Assembly: GCF_001194135.2 (NCBI RefSeq)
Contig: NC_068981.1
Span: forward strand, 58,328,418 to 58,392,417
Source: Octopus bimaculoides
Taxonomy: Eukaryota
DNA length: 64,000 nucleotides
Direction of reading: 5' to 3'
A program made the position numbers and the translations under genes. Under the pieces are notes generated by a model. That model searched no databases. It saw only the letters and a list, made by a program, of their open reading frames with translations, and was not told where the DNA came from. Below are positions 11,270 through 24,223 of this stretch, in pieces; the stretch's first letter is position 1; every line of letters begins with the position of its first letter.

Positions 11270-11860
11270 ACTTGTAATATAGACTCCATCTAATGCCCAG
11301 GTGGTTCCCTAAAAGGAGCTGGTTACCTAGGAGACCAAATTAGTAGTGGGTTTGGAGGTTCTGAGAGCATAGTAGTCTGAATAAGAATTGGTTAGAGAAA
11401 GCTCAGGTAGCTATTACCTCTGCTGGCATCAGAGTCAAGGGTAGATTGTATGATGCTTGGGTGTGGAGTATGGTGCAACATAGCAGAGAGATATGGATCG
11501 GGAATGCAGTGGATCTACTAAGGCAAGAAAGAAATGAAACAAGCATACTCATCTGGATATGTGCATGAATGATAGAGCACAAATGGGTTGAGAGAAAAAC
11601 TGAACGTAAGAGGAATTAGGTGTAGCGTACAAGGGAGAAGACTGTATTGGTATGGACATGTGTTGTGTATGGAAGAGGATAGCCATATAAAGATGTGCCA
11701 TGTGCTTAAAGTAAATGAAACCAGTGGAAGACAAAAACCAAGGAAGACTTGAGATGAAATGGTAAAGTCAGATCTGAAGCTGTTTCACCTCACAAAGAAG
11801 ATGACAAAGGAACAAAGGACCTTGTTGACTGGCACAATATTAGATGGAGAAAACCCCAGT
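11270..11860 (+). mobile_element. Old RTE LINE 3' ORF fragment
   Basis: Degenerate similarity to 36990-37356 and 17081-17269 (gtagattgtatgatgc; ggtatggacatgtg). Confidence 0.75.
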
Positions 11861-12705
11861 ATCCACATGCCTGCCTACGCATACACAGCAAAATGGACAT
11901 TACAATTATATATATTATGTACAGGCATATATATGTACCAGTGTTTATATAAGTATGCATGCATATCTGCCTGTTGTTATGTCTATAACTGCTGACAATG
12001 GCATAGTTGACTGACACTTCAAAGTCACGGTCAATAATATTCTTGTTTAAGAATAATAAATTTGTACTCTACAAAAGTATAGAGTTACCCACCAGATTAA
12101 TGTAAAATTGTTTGTATTATAACTGAACATAAAAACAAACAGTAACATATACATATATATATATAAATAAAAACACAAATGGACTGAGATTCATTTCCCA
12201 TTGTTCATTGAGAGCACCAAGATGAGAAAGTCAATATAAATCCTAAACTGTTAGTGTGAAAAATCCTAAATGTTAAATTTTATTTTTATTTTTAATTCAC
12301 CTAAAGAAAACTTTTTTTCCTTTTGTGCATGATGTAATAGATTTGTTCATCAATAAAAACCATGTTTCAAACAGCTGTAATGAACCTCAGACCATCTGTG
12401 TTATTATTTATGCATCACATTTGAAATCTTCCCTGCATTGGATCTTGAGCCTATGGTGCACTGTAGACTGCATGCCAAAGTATACTCTTGCATGATTTTA
12501 CGTATACTCTGAGAATTTTTATGTATACTCTGAGAATGTATGCATAATTGGAAAGACAAATCCATATTTGCTTTAGTAAGTATGTGAGTACTCCTACACT
12601 CAATTAATATACAGGTATGCTATCCCTGACTCTACCTTGGTGCCTTTGTTATTCAAATACCTTGATTCTATTGGATCCTGAAAATAATTATAATATTACA
12701 TGCAT

Positions 12706-12737
<32 letters not shown>

Positions 12738-13072
12738 GCAGGGTGCAATGAATGAATTGTCGTCAAAATTACGCAAAAAGGAAAATAACACTGACATCTC
12801 ATTTCAACAGATATATTTACCAAAATTACATAACAATTTATTGAAATACTAAAACGTAAATTTATTCAGTAAAATCACCATTGGCTTCAACCACGGCCAC
12901 CAGACCTCTTCAGAATCTTTTGCAACTCTTCTGGATGGTTTCCTTATTTAAGTTGGTGAATGCTGTCGTAATCCTTGCCTCCAGTTCATATTTGGTGTTA
13001 TAAGGAGTTTTGTTGGTCTCTTACTCAACTGCACCTCACACATAATAATCAAGGGGTTTGCAGTCTGGAGAG
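12738..13072 (-). mobile_element. Tc1/mariner (maT/DD37D-like) 3' end
   Basis: CAGGGTGCAATG terminus; minus translation PDCKPLDYYV*GAVE*ETNKTPYNTKYELEARITTAF...VVEANGDFTE*; runs into a gap. Confidence 0.85.
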
Positions 13073-15007
13073 NNNNNNNNNNNNNNNNNNNNNNNNNNNN
13101 NNNNNNNNNNNNNNNNNNNNNNNNNNNNNNNNNNNNNNNNNNNNNNNNNNNNNNNNNNNNNNNNNNNNNNNNACACACACACACACACACACACACACAA
13201 ATAAGTTTTCATCTACAGCCTGAGATAATATCTGTACAGAGTAAATTTCCACTTCAATCCCTTAGGAGTCAATAAAATAAGTACAATGTTGATTCAATCA
13301 AACTATACCTCACTTCTGGAAGACTTGTGGCTTTTTTGCCAGTGCAAGATATTAATATTTATTCTCTATTTCATGGTGGTGATTGGTAGATGGGGGTAGT
13401 GTCTTCATTGCCATTTTCATTGGTGATGTGATACAGTGACTTTTTCAATTTTGTATTTTGTTACAGTTTTATCATTCATCATTTCATATTTGCAATGCAG
13501 TGTTCTGCCAATCTCCAATTAGTAACAGATTATTGCAAGATTATAATCTTTTGCTGTGACCCAAATATTCAGCATGTCATATTTCTAATTAACATAACTT
13601 CATTAATATCTGATGAATTAATGATTTATAAACTCCGGTAATCAATTTCATCAAAAATCACAATACTTTTGTTTTGAATTATTGGACTAAAGTTGTCTCA
13701 GAGTCATAAAATTATGCTTTTCTTTTGAAATTTCTCTCTGATAGAGATTGGACAGGGATTAAAGGTTTGAGCAGAATCAAATGTATCATTTGTGTTAATT
13801 GCCATAGATATTAAATGTTTCACAGACAGTTTATTTCTCTAGATAATTAAATAGAACTTTCAATTTCTGTTTCCTTGGATTTGGTATAAAGTAAGTGCTT
13901 TTCTTAAATCTTTGAAAAGAAATTCAATGAACACACTGGATAAAATGACAATGTACAGAGTGATCTAAAAATGCCTAGTTTTGAAAGACAGAAAATACAA
14001 AAGAAAATGAAAGCTAGTTAAATCAATAGGGAATAATTTTTATCATATCACCACAACCGTGTTGTGTCTCTAATAAACACAACTACCTTTCAATGGCATT
14101 GTTAGCCACCTTGTTGTAAATAGTCACTGTATGAAGATTCATCTTACTACTGTAAATAAAAAGATACTTTGAAAATTGATACACATTTTGCTTGATTTCT
14201 GTGTTAATCTCAAATCTGATTCTTAAAAAGTTAACTGCAATGGAATAGGACACAAACTGATGGATGATTTATATTTTCATTGCTTAATACTAGAGAAACT
14301 ATGGATAATATTTGGTTTCCTGACTCCTGAGTTTTGAAGTAGCTGTAAAATTTTACTTGAAACAGAAATTCTGAAAGACTAAGTGTGTTAACTGAGAATA
14401 GACAAGAAAGGGATTATAATAGCTATAGCTTGATAAGCATAGCTGAAACTGACTTAACTGAAATGACTGGAGACAAATGTAATTTGAGTTATGGTAATAC
14501 CAGAGACATAAAAGTATACATGATGATCATAATGATAATGAGCTTGGAAATAAAAATAAGATTTACAAGAAGTTATTGGTTTTTTATCTACAGCTTATTT
14601 TTAACACTTGAGTATATAATTTAAAATTGGTAGACTGGTCATTAATTGCTCATTAGAGATATTTTAAAGCTAAATTTCTATTTACAATTTATAGATTGTA
14701 CAAATTTATCAATTCTTTAGATTCTATTTAACTGTTATCATAATGATTATTTGAAAATAATAAAGTTTAATAAAATCTATCCAAGAATAAGCAAATTTTA
14801 TGTCTTTCTATTTCAAAATGTTTCTTGCTGTCATTTTCTGTATGCATTTATATTTTCATAATTAAAATGTTTGAGCTGTAAAAGATACTTGATTTCCATT
14901 TCGTGGTCAACACAGTGGTCAACATTATCTTCATATCAGTGAGAATTGTTTCAAATAGCTCTTCAGACACAGTTCTATATTTAAGAGATGAGGAATTATG
15001 TACATTA

Positions 15008-15393
15008 CTCTTTTACTTGTTTCAGTCATTTGACTGTGGCCATGCTGGAGCACCGCCTTTTAGTCAAGCAAATTGACCCCAGGACTTATTCTTTGTAAGC
15101 CTAGTACTTATTCTATCAGTCTCTTTTGTCGAACCGCTAAGTTACAGGGATGTAAACACACCACCATCGGTTGTCGAGCGGTGTTGGGAGGACAAACACA
15201 GACACAATATATACACACACATACATATATATATACATATATACGACAGGCTTCTTTCAGTTTCCGTCTACCAAATCCACTCTCAAGGCTTTGGTCGGCC
15301 CGAGGCTATAGTAGAAGACACTTGCCCAAGGTGCCACGCAGTGGGAATGAACCCAAGACCATGTGGTTGGTAAGCAAGCTACTTACCACACAC
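15008..15393 (-). mobile_element. tRNA-derived SINE, family A (internal CA/TA microsatellite), near full length
   Basis: Minus strand starts tgtggtaagtagcttgcttacc...ggttc (A/B-box-like) and ends gaaacaagtaaaagagt. Related copies at 2421-2515, 21032-21402, 41690-41930, 47303-47722, 55418-55795, 58470-58752, 63865-64000. Confidence 0.88.
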
Positions 15394-15555
15394 ATTATTT
15401 ACATTAGACAGATATTTGTCCTTATCTTGTTTCGAAATTTCCCCAAGACACCTGAAGAAGGCTGGAGAGTATATCAGCCGAAACGTTGTGATAACAACAA
15501 ACAAGATGAGGACAAATATCCATTGAATGTAAATAATATAAATAATGTAAATAAA
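15394..15555 (+). ncRNA. Penelope-like (PLE) terminal remnant containing a minimal type I hammerhead ribozyme motif
   Basis: CAC-CTGAAGA-A-GGCTG(gagagtatat)CAGCC-GAAA-CG-TT-GTG at 15449-15490; enclosed by a 39-bp inverted repeat (34/39 matches); followed by an AATAATGTA-like repeated tail. Confidence 0.75.
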
Positions 15556-16459
15556 GTTCTTCAGACACTTTCTCCCCAGACAGAATCTAATTATTCATCT
15601 TAATCATAAAATGTCAGAAATATTGTAGCTTAGGTGGTAACTTACTAGTAAATCATGTCTGTGATGGGTATCTCTATAGGACTGATCATCTTGCTGGAAA
15701 TAGCAGCCAAATATCCCTTCAATTTACACTCTGCATCATAAAAAACCCCAAATACATTGTACAATGATATGGTGAGATACATGAACCTTAGATCACTCCA
15801 AGTCTGATAATATATTCTGATCTATCATAGCCTTAGATAAATCAAGTTGAGTGGAAATAGATTGAGGAAAACTGTGTGGAAGCCTGTCAAATGAACTGTA
15901 CTGATAATTCAAGTGATTGTCATACATTGCATCATGCTGATTCTGCCTGCAAATTATGTTCCGAATAAATATATTGGTGGAACAGTCAGTCACTTACACA
16001 TTATTTCAATGGGTAGGTAGTTCAGCTGATGAAACAATGGAATATTCATCATCAAATCTACTTTTTTGTCTCAGTACATGAAAATATCACTTTTTATATA
16101 TGTTACAATATATCAACACCTTAACTTCTGTTATATGAAGAAAAACTTGTTTTAAATATATGTGTGTGTGTGTGTGTGTGTGTGCATCAAAAGACATACT
16201 AAGTATGTCTACCAGCTGGAAATACATACATATATATACCTATGTAGTAGAAATACCAACAAGGCTAATTTCACTGTCTCTATAGATTGAAAAAAAAAAA
16301 TGAACAACCTTAATTGATTTTCAAACCTTACTGAATAAAAGGTGTCTACATCATTTGACCAATCCCAGAGAAATAAGCAGTTAGTCTGTTTATACACTCA
16401 ATAAATCCAGTAGCTACATAGAACTGGAGTTACTAATTTGCATATCACTTTAGTGGCCT

Positions 16460-17290
16460 ATATATCATCATCATCGTCATCGTCGTTTAACATCCGCTTT
16501 CCATGTTAGCATGGGTTAGACGATTTGACTGAGGACTGGGGAAACTAGATGGCTACACCAGGCTCCAATCTGATTTGGCAGAGTTTCGACAGCTGGATGC
16601 CCTTCCTAATGCCAACCACTCAGAGAGTGTAGTGGGTGCTTTTACGTGCCACCGGCACAAAGGCCAGTCAGGCGGTACTGGCAACGGCCACGCTCAAAAT
16701 GGTGTATTTTACGTGCCACTTGCACAGGAGCCAGTCCATCGGCACTGGTAACGATCTCGCTCGAATGTCTTTACACGTGCCATCCAGCACAAGTGCCACG
16801 AAGGTGATGCTGGGCACAGGTGCCATGACGGTTTCGCTTTCGCTTGCCCCAATAGGTCTTCGGAAGCCGAGTTTCGTTTCCAATGAAGGAGACGACGTTG
16901 GCATGGGTGCCAGTCGTCGAATTTAATTCAATTTCGATTTCACTTGCCTCAAAATGTCTTCGCAAGCGGAGTTTAGTGTCCAATGAAGGAAGGTACGTTT
17001 AAGTGGGCTGCCTGAGGCCTTCGATTTAGGTCTCACTTGGCTTGCCAGGTCTTCTCATGCGCAGCATATTTCCAAAGGTCTCAGTCAGAAGTCATCGCCT
17101 TGGTGAGGCCCAATGTTCGAAGGTAATGCCTCACCACCTCATCCCAGGTCTTCCTGGGCCTACCTCTTCCACAGGTTCCCTCAACTGCTAGGGTGTGGCA
17201 CTTTTTCACACAGCTATCCTCATCCATTCTCGCTACATGACCATACCAGCGCAATCGTTTTTCTTGCACACCACAACTGATGCTTCATAA
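16460..17290 (-). mobile_element. RTE LINE 3' end (ORF C-terminus + full 3'UTR + tail)
   Basis: RLRWYGHVARMDEDSCVKKC...GRGRPRKTW joined to the UTR; this shows the many short (CAT)n-headed repeats are truncated copies of this LINE. Confidence 0.92.
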
Positions 17291-17402
17291 GTTCAACAAA
17301 GGGCTGGCAATATAAAGGGCATTCAGCTGCCTCAAATAACTGCCAAAGCGACTCATGCAGAACTTAAACCACATAATTACAAATGGCCATTAAATGGAAA
17401 TA

Positions 17403-17445
<43 letters not shown>

Positions 17446-17469
17446 NNNNNNNNNNNNNNNNNNNNNNNA

Positions 17470-17607
17470 ACATCATCATTTAACGTCCAGTTTCCATGCT
17501 AGCATGGGTTGGACGATTTGACTGAGGACTGGCAAGCCAGAAGGCTGCACCAGGCTTCAATCTGATCTGGCAGAGTTTCTACAGCTGGATGGCCTTCCTA
17601 ACGCCAA
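17470..17607 (-). mobile_element. RTE 3'UTR fragment
   Basis: catcatcatttaacgtcc...ctacagctggatg. Confidence 0.9.
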
Positions 17608-17631
17608 TATATATATATATATATATATATA

Positions 17632-18453
17632 GTTGTATTTTGGGATGGCCATTTTTTATTTTTTTTACTAAGCACTATATATTTTTTTTCCTTCACAATT
17701 TATTATTGTTCCTATTTTATTATTTCAACTCATGTCCATTGTCCGAAATCTTTCATCATACATCTGTGAAATCTTTCATCATACATCTGTGACACTTCGG
17801 CGACACTGTTCGTTTTCATGTTTGCTCCTGCTCCAATTTCTCCTAATTACAGTAATAAACGAGTGAAAAACAAATATATGGTGCGTGTGTTTATTTGGGA
17901 AAAAAGAATGACCGTCCCGAAATACAACAATATCTGTTTCAACACACAATTTCACACAGGAATCTTGCAACACAGATTGGTAAACGTATATACATGTATA
18001 TACATATTTCTTTTTTATGCAAGACATGAGGAGAGCCGTTGATAAACGTCATTAAGTGAAAGGGAGTGATGTGTTATAAAAGGTTGAGAATCACTGTGTT
18101 GTTATATTTCGGAATGGTCATGTCTTTTTCCTTTTCTTTTTTTTTTTTTCTGCCAAATAAACACACTCGCTATATACTCGTTTTTCACTTCTGCTTTATC
18201 ATAGTTTTTATCTTAGTATCCTTTGTTTGAAATCTTTTATCACACGTTCTGTGACCTCCATCCGACGTGTCTCCTCCTGTCCTGTTTAGTTCATTCTATA
18301 TGAGAACAAGAATAAAGCTGAAGTGAAGAACGAGTATACAGCGCATGTGTTTATTTGGTAAGAGAAAAAAATGACCGTCCCGAAATACAACAATATCTGT
18401 TTCAACACACGATTTCACATCAGGAATCTTGCAAAACAAATATTTAAACGTAA
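17632..18453. mobile_element. Two tandem foldback/MITE-like units (17632-17990; 18098-18453)
   Basis: Each unit has inverted arms ending in ...AATGACCGTCCCGAAATACAAC plus a shared ~60-bp extension beyond the right arm. Confidence 0.7.
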
Positions 18454-19529
18454 TCACTGTTATTGTAGATCCTTACATCACTGAAGATAAACAATTTCAA
18501 ACGTTTACTGTAAGGTGAATAACTCTGCAAAATTCTTTCGATAGCTATTAATTATTGCCCTTGAATCGTTTGAGATGTCAACTTGAATTTTTAATATATA
18601 TTTTTATTTTTAAGATAGGCCAAAATTTAATAATTTTAAGGTTTTGCAACATATTTTCTTGACTTAAAACAAAGGAAAATATATGAATATTTATTAATCA
18701 TCACTATAAAGCAAGTAGAGAAAGGAAATTCTGCAAGACAATTTTCAATTGGCACAAGATCAAAGACTAGATACCTGTCACCATAAAGATAAATGCATTT
18801 TTGTGCAGCCAAGCTACGATTTTTATGCCTTCAAGTTTCCTTCATCAAAACTGCTATCATGATTTTTTTTCTTTTAATTTTCCTGAAGTGTCAAGCTCAG
18901 TAACTACCAATTGGCTCAACAATATTTCACAGTGAAGAAATTTCAAATAATTGTTTCTATAATAGACACAAGGTCATAAATTTGGAGAAGTCAGTTATAT
19001 CAACTCCAGTAATTAATAGGTACTTTACTTAACAAGTAATTTATTTTATTGACCCTGAATGAAAGAAGTTGACTTTGGTAGGATTTGAGCTCAGATGCCC
19101 GTTCATACTACAGGGACTTTTCAACCAAAATTCAGCATATTTAAGATACAGAGCTATATTAGCTGATGACGACTGGTTTATGATGCTTAGTGCTTAATTT
19201 CTTGCATTGTGAATTTTTCAATCATCTGTGTTCCCTTTTCTAAAATGTTTACTGGTAACTCAACCATGCAAAAAAAAAAAAAAAAAAACATTTAATGAAA
19301 TGCATGCCTGAGTAGCAAATTTGTTTTGCATCAGATACTTCCAATAATAATCTTGTCCTATATTTATTGTATAAAGTTCCAGTTCAACGTAAAATACTAA
19401 CTGTATATACAGGACTAGTACTAACCATGCTAGAGTGATGCACAGTAGTGGGAGGGGGGTAGAAGAAAACACTTCGACAAACATTAAATGGCTGTATATT
19501 TGCTCTCAGGTGCACGAAACAGACACCAT

Positions 19530-20420
19530 CCTCTCTTAATCAGGTTTTTAAAAACCCTTAAGACTGCAACTATTGACATTGATACAGTGAAATACAGGTA
19601 TGCTAAGACTGAAATGTTAGGAGTAGATGTATGCTGCATGCAAGACATGAAATGAAGGGGAGCCTCAGCAATGCTCCTTACATGTAAATAACACTTGTAC
19701 AAATTCTGAATAGAGAACAGTGCTGTTTTAGTGGAGGAGGCATACTTATAGTTGAACATGGATAATGTAATTGATGTGGTCAGAGTAAGCAACAGAGTAG
19801 TTGCAGGCAAAACAACAGCAAATGTTATCTCCGTGCATGCACCATAATTGAGACTGACTAATGAGCAAAATGACTTTTTATACTACATACATAAATATGG
19901 TCAACAAAGCAATGTGCTCAGTGGGAAATTTAGGGTACAAGTAGATGTATGTCAAAGCTTGGTTCTCCACACTCATTTATTAAAGTGCTCCATGTTATAA
20001 TAGAGAATTTTAAGACTAGCTGTCCTGGGAACTACTACATGTTGATGACTTTGTCCTTGTGGTAGATGCACAGTAGAGTAGATGCACAATAGTCAGTCAT
20101 AAAATAAATCCCTCAAATTTATTTTATTTGAACACTCTGAAGTAGTTGGTAGCTTCTGTTATTTAGGTGACCTAAATCAGCATTAGAGGAGTGTGTTTTC
20201 AAAACATAGCATCCAAAATAAGAATAGGATAGGAAACGTTCAGCAAGCTATTACTTCTGTTGATAAGCCTTGTTGCTGAACAAAGGACAGACTGTATGAT
20301 GCTGCATGGTAGTGGCACATGAGCACTAAGAGCAGAGGATGTGTAAGAAATGTATCAAGTATAATCTACTGGACAAGTAATATAAATGTGCATGAATGAG
20401 GCACGGATGAACAGAGAGAG
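19530..20420 (+). mobile_element. Old, internally deleted RTE LINE (APE endonuclease + RT fragments)
   Basis: Decayed VDVCCMQD / VIDVVRVSNRV / VISVHAP endonuclease motifs and a GCPWELL-ADD-like RT segment. Confidence 0.7.
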
Positions 20421-20567
20421 AAACTTTGCCTTTCATCCTTTTGGGGTTGATAAAAATAAGTATCACTTGAGCACTCGAGTTAATGTAATCAACTTACACT
20501 CTACCCCAAAATTGTTGGAATTGTGCCAAAATTTGTTACCAAATTAGGGAATATAATATCCATTATT

Positions 20568-20795
20568 TTAACATTTTAGCATTCAGGTTATTCTGTCAAA
20601 TGTAATGCTTTTTCATTTACATTGTTTTTAATCAAACATTCAGTGTCTCATAGCTTTGAAATTTTGATAATGTAATTGTATATTTTTAAAATGGCATTGA
20701 AAGGTAAGTGTGATAGGTCGGACTTGTCTGGTTAGAAAATAAAACAGGTAGCATATTTGGGTAGGATATAGCCAATTTAAATATTAAAGGGTTAA
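20568..20795. mobile_element. piggyBac-like MITE, copy 1
   Basis: TTAA...AGGG-TTAA ends; colinear with 39201-39427. Confidence 0.75.
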
Positions 20796-21031
20796 TTTCT
20801 TTAGCAGTGAAAAGTTTAACTAAGAGTATACAACTATTTCACATCTGCACAACTGGAAAAGACTTCCCTCTAGATAATTGATAGTATCATCATTTAATAT
20901 CAGTTTTCTATTCAAGAAAAGTACAAGGGTTGGACTATGCTTGAAGATTTTTCATTGAGTTGTTTGTAGATGTAATACAGTTTCCTTGATATATAGGGGT
21001 TGTATGACTGTGCCATTAAAAAGAATTCTGC

Positions 21032-21402
21032 ATGGCTCTATGGTAAGAAACTTGTTTCCCAACCACATGATTCTAGGTTCAGTCCCACTGCGTAGTACTT
21101 TGTCAAGTGTCTTCTATAGCCTTAGGCCAACCAAAGCCTTGTAAATAGATTTGGTAAATGGAAACTGAAAGAAGCCCATCATGTGTGCACAAGTACATGT
21201 TTTTGTAGGTTTCCCCCCTCACTACCACTCAACCAGTGTTGGTGTGTTTACATCCTTATAACTAAATGGTTCAGCAAAAAAGACTGATAGAATAAGTACC
21301 AAACTTAAAAAAGAAAAAATATGTACTAGGATCAACTTGTTCAACTAAAATTCAAGGCAGTGCTCCCACATGGCTGCAGTCAGGTGACTGAAACAAGACA
21401 AA
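21032..21402 (+). mobile_element. tRNA-derived SINE, family A
   Basis: Colinear with the reverse complement of 15008-15393. Confidence 0.85.
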
Positions 21403-21894
21403 AGATATATATACATTGGAATATTTTAAAGACCTCTCTTCATGGAAGCAATGCATGTTTGGTATGAGGTTTCTAGGTTGTAAATGAAGGACCTTAGATG
21501 TAAAAAATTTTTTAAAGTTATATCTTTGGGCAGTGGATGACCATCCAAGACTTTTGTAAGCCCCGGTAAGGATAAATGTGGTTGATGCCTAGCTTGAAAT
21601 TCTAGGGGTTGTAACCTTTAACCCTTTATCAGTGAAACCACATCCTATATTCTTAAAACATTAATGCATCACATCATTTAGACCTAGATACCTCCAAAGA
21701 GAAGGCGTAATCACAGCTGGAACACTTTTGCTCAGTCTGCTTATTCAAGAATAACATCAGGTGAAATAACATTACCAAATTCTTGAAAGCTATAATTTCA
21801 CAAAGGAATGATTGGGGAAAATATTTAGTATAGAATATGGTATAGGTGAAACACAAAAGAAAAGATGCCAAGTACTTCACAGGAGCACAAGTCG

Positions 21895-22320
21895 TCATCA
21901 TCATCATTGTTTAACGTCTGCTTTCCATGCTAGTATGGGTTGGACGATTTGACTGAGGACTGGCAAACCAGATAGCTGCTTGAGGCTCCAATCTGATCTG
22001 GCAGAGTTTCTACAGCTGGATGCCCTTCCTAATGCCAACCACTCCGAGAATGTAGTGGGTGCTTTTACATGCCACCAGCACGAGGGCCAGTCAGGCGGTA
22101 CTGGCAATGGCCACGCTCAAATGGTGTTTTTTATGTGCCACCTGCACAGGAACCAGTCCAGCAGCACTGGCAACGACCTCACGGTGACGCTGGTAACGAT
22201 TATGCTCAAATGGTGCTATTTATGTGCCATTGGCACGGGAGCCAGACAGCTGCTCTGGCAATGATCACACTCAGATGGTGCTGTTAGCGCTCCACTGGCA
22301 CGGGTGCCAGTCATCAAATT
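21895..22320 (-). mobile_element. RTE 3'UTR fragment
   Basis: Family core plus internal repeat units. Confidence 0.9.
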
Positions 22321-22329
22321 TAAGAGTCC

Positions 22330-24172
22330 AATAAAAGAAACTGATAGAATTGATGTTGGTGAAGTTTACCAATCATTTTATTTTCATTTTCTGAATGTGG
22401 CTAAGTTTTATATGCATAAAAGTACACCATCCAGACATAAAAGCTATATTCCAATGCAAATAGATATTTGCATTTCAAATAGAGTCACAAAAGTAGCAGC
22501 CTAGTCTTTGGGATGCAGTTTTACAATGTTATATACATGAGATTGCTATAAGAGATCATGGAATCTGTAGTATCCTTGAAGGTTGTTTGTATGACATGTG
22601 AAACAGTTTTCTTAGTATGTAATGATTGTTGGAACTGTTGAGGGAAAAAAAAAACCTGGCTGCCATATATAGATTAAAATATTTTCAAGCTCTCTGTTCA
22701 TGAAAGTAATACATATGGCTTGAGGTATAAGAATGATCCTAGTTATAAAAATTAAAATGCTATGGGTAACATACATTTGAAGGTGAAGTGAGAAAAACAG
22801 TTCTTACATGGAGCAAAGTAGACAGAGTTATTTTAGTCCAGTCTGAAAAGTATTAAATTGTTGAAGCCTCATTTTCGAATTGTAAAGAAGAGGTTATATA
22901 AATTCTAATAAGCTATTACGAATCTTTAGTGTTCAATTACTAAAGGTGGTATCATCTGTAATATAATGAATAGCTTTACTTTGACTTAAAATCAAGGCAT
23001 TGTTTCTATGTCCTTAATGCTTAGAACATGAGAACTGTTATACAATGTTCTTTACTGTTTGTAAAAGAGTTCAAGTAAAATTAATTATGAAAGAGGTCAT
23101 TTACAGACCATAAAAACTCATCAAAAGAACTTAAAATTCTCTGCCTTTTACAAAAGTTGTCAATTAAAAGCAAGCAAGCCACAAATAATAATGTCGTCAA
23201 AACCTCAACATGAATTCAACTTATTTGATATCTTCAATGTAATGCTGTTCTCTTCAGAAATGAAGATAATTTTGCTGTAATAGTACCATCTTTAAAGAAC
23301 ATTTTAGAAAAAATTCAAATAAAACAAAAGAAAACTAGTTTATACAAACAAAAGGGAAAAAAAATTTTTATTTACAATTAAATTCTGCCCTGCAGTAGCA
23401 GTGATATTTACATCAGTATATACAACCAGCCATTGTGAGCTGCTTAAACTATACAAGCACAGCCGCTCATAGCATACATTCAGCAGGAACTTGGACAACA
23501 CTTAGCCTACAAGTGAGCATTAAAGAATGGTAACATATTTTCATGGTACACTGCATCCATTTAATTGCATTCAACCAACAATTCTTGCAGAAGTAAAAAG
23601 CAAAAATTATTTCAATGTTTTCTTTCTTTATTTTTTTTTTAGTATTTTTTTCTTTTTCCTTTTATGGTTTTATCCTACCTAATACATTTGAATTTGAAAT
23701 GTTTTGAATACTGGAGTTATTGCACCAATTATAACACCAATTTTAATTTAATACTAAAATATGAAACTGATTATGTACACTTGTGGTAAACAAGAGTCTG
23801 AAAAATTTTTCAAATTTTAAAAAAGTGAAGGGAAATATTCTTCCTGATCTGAATAGCTAAGAATAATGAAGACCAATAAATGTGTTGAACTGTCAATATG
23901 AAATATATAAATATTAATCTTGGCAAGTGAAGTACATACTCCAAATTACCGCTGATGACAATGCTTATATGATCTGAAGTTCTGTGAGTGAATTTTAAAT
24001 TCAGTTAAAAGAAACAGTGAATGAATGTTTACAATCCACTAGACCTGATTAAAAATTAATTACACTGAAAAATGACGAAAGCAAATGCATTTTAAAAAGC
24101 ATAATTATTTAAGAAATAAAAATGTAATTTAAAATTGAAATACTTGATTAACATTAAGTCATTCTTAAAAGT

Positions 24173-24223
<51 letters not shown>

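Noticed and set aside
15073-15603. 176-aa plus-strand ORF
   Set aside because: Runs across a SINE and the PLE remnant; no protein homology recognisable.
18482-18510. Second hammerhead-like string (CTGAAGA...CAAACGTT)
   Set aside because: No convincing stem II, and GAAA is broken.
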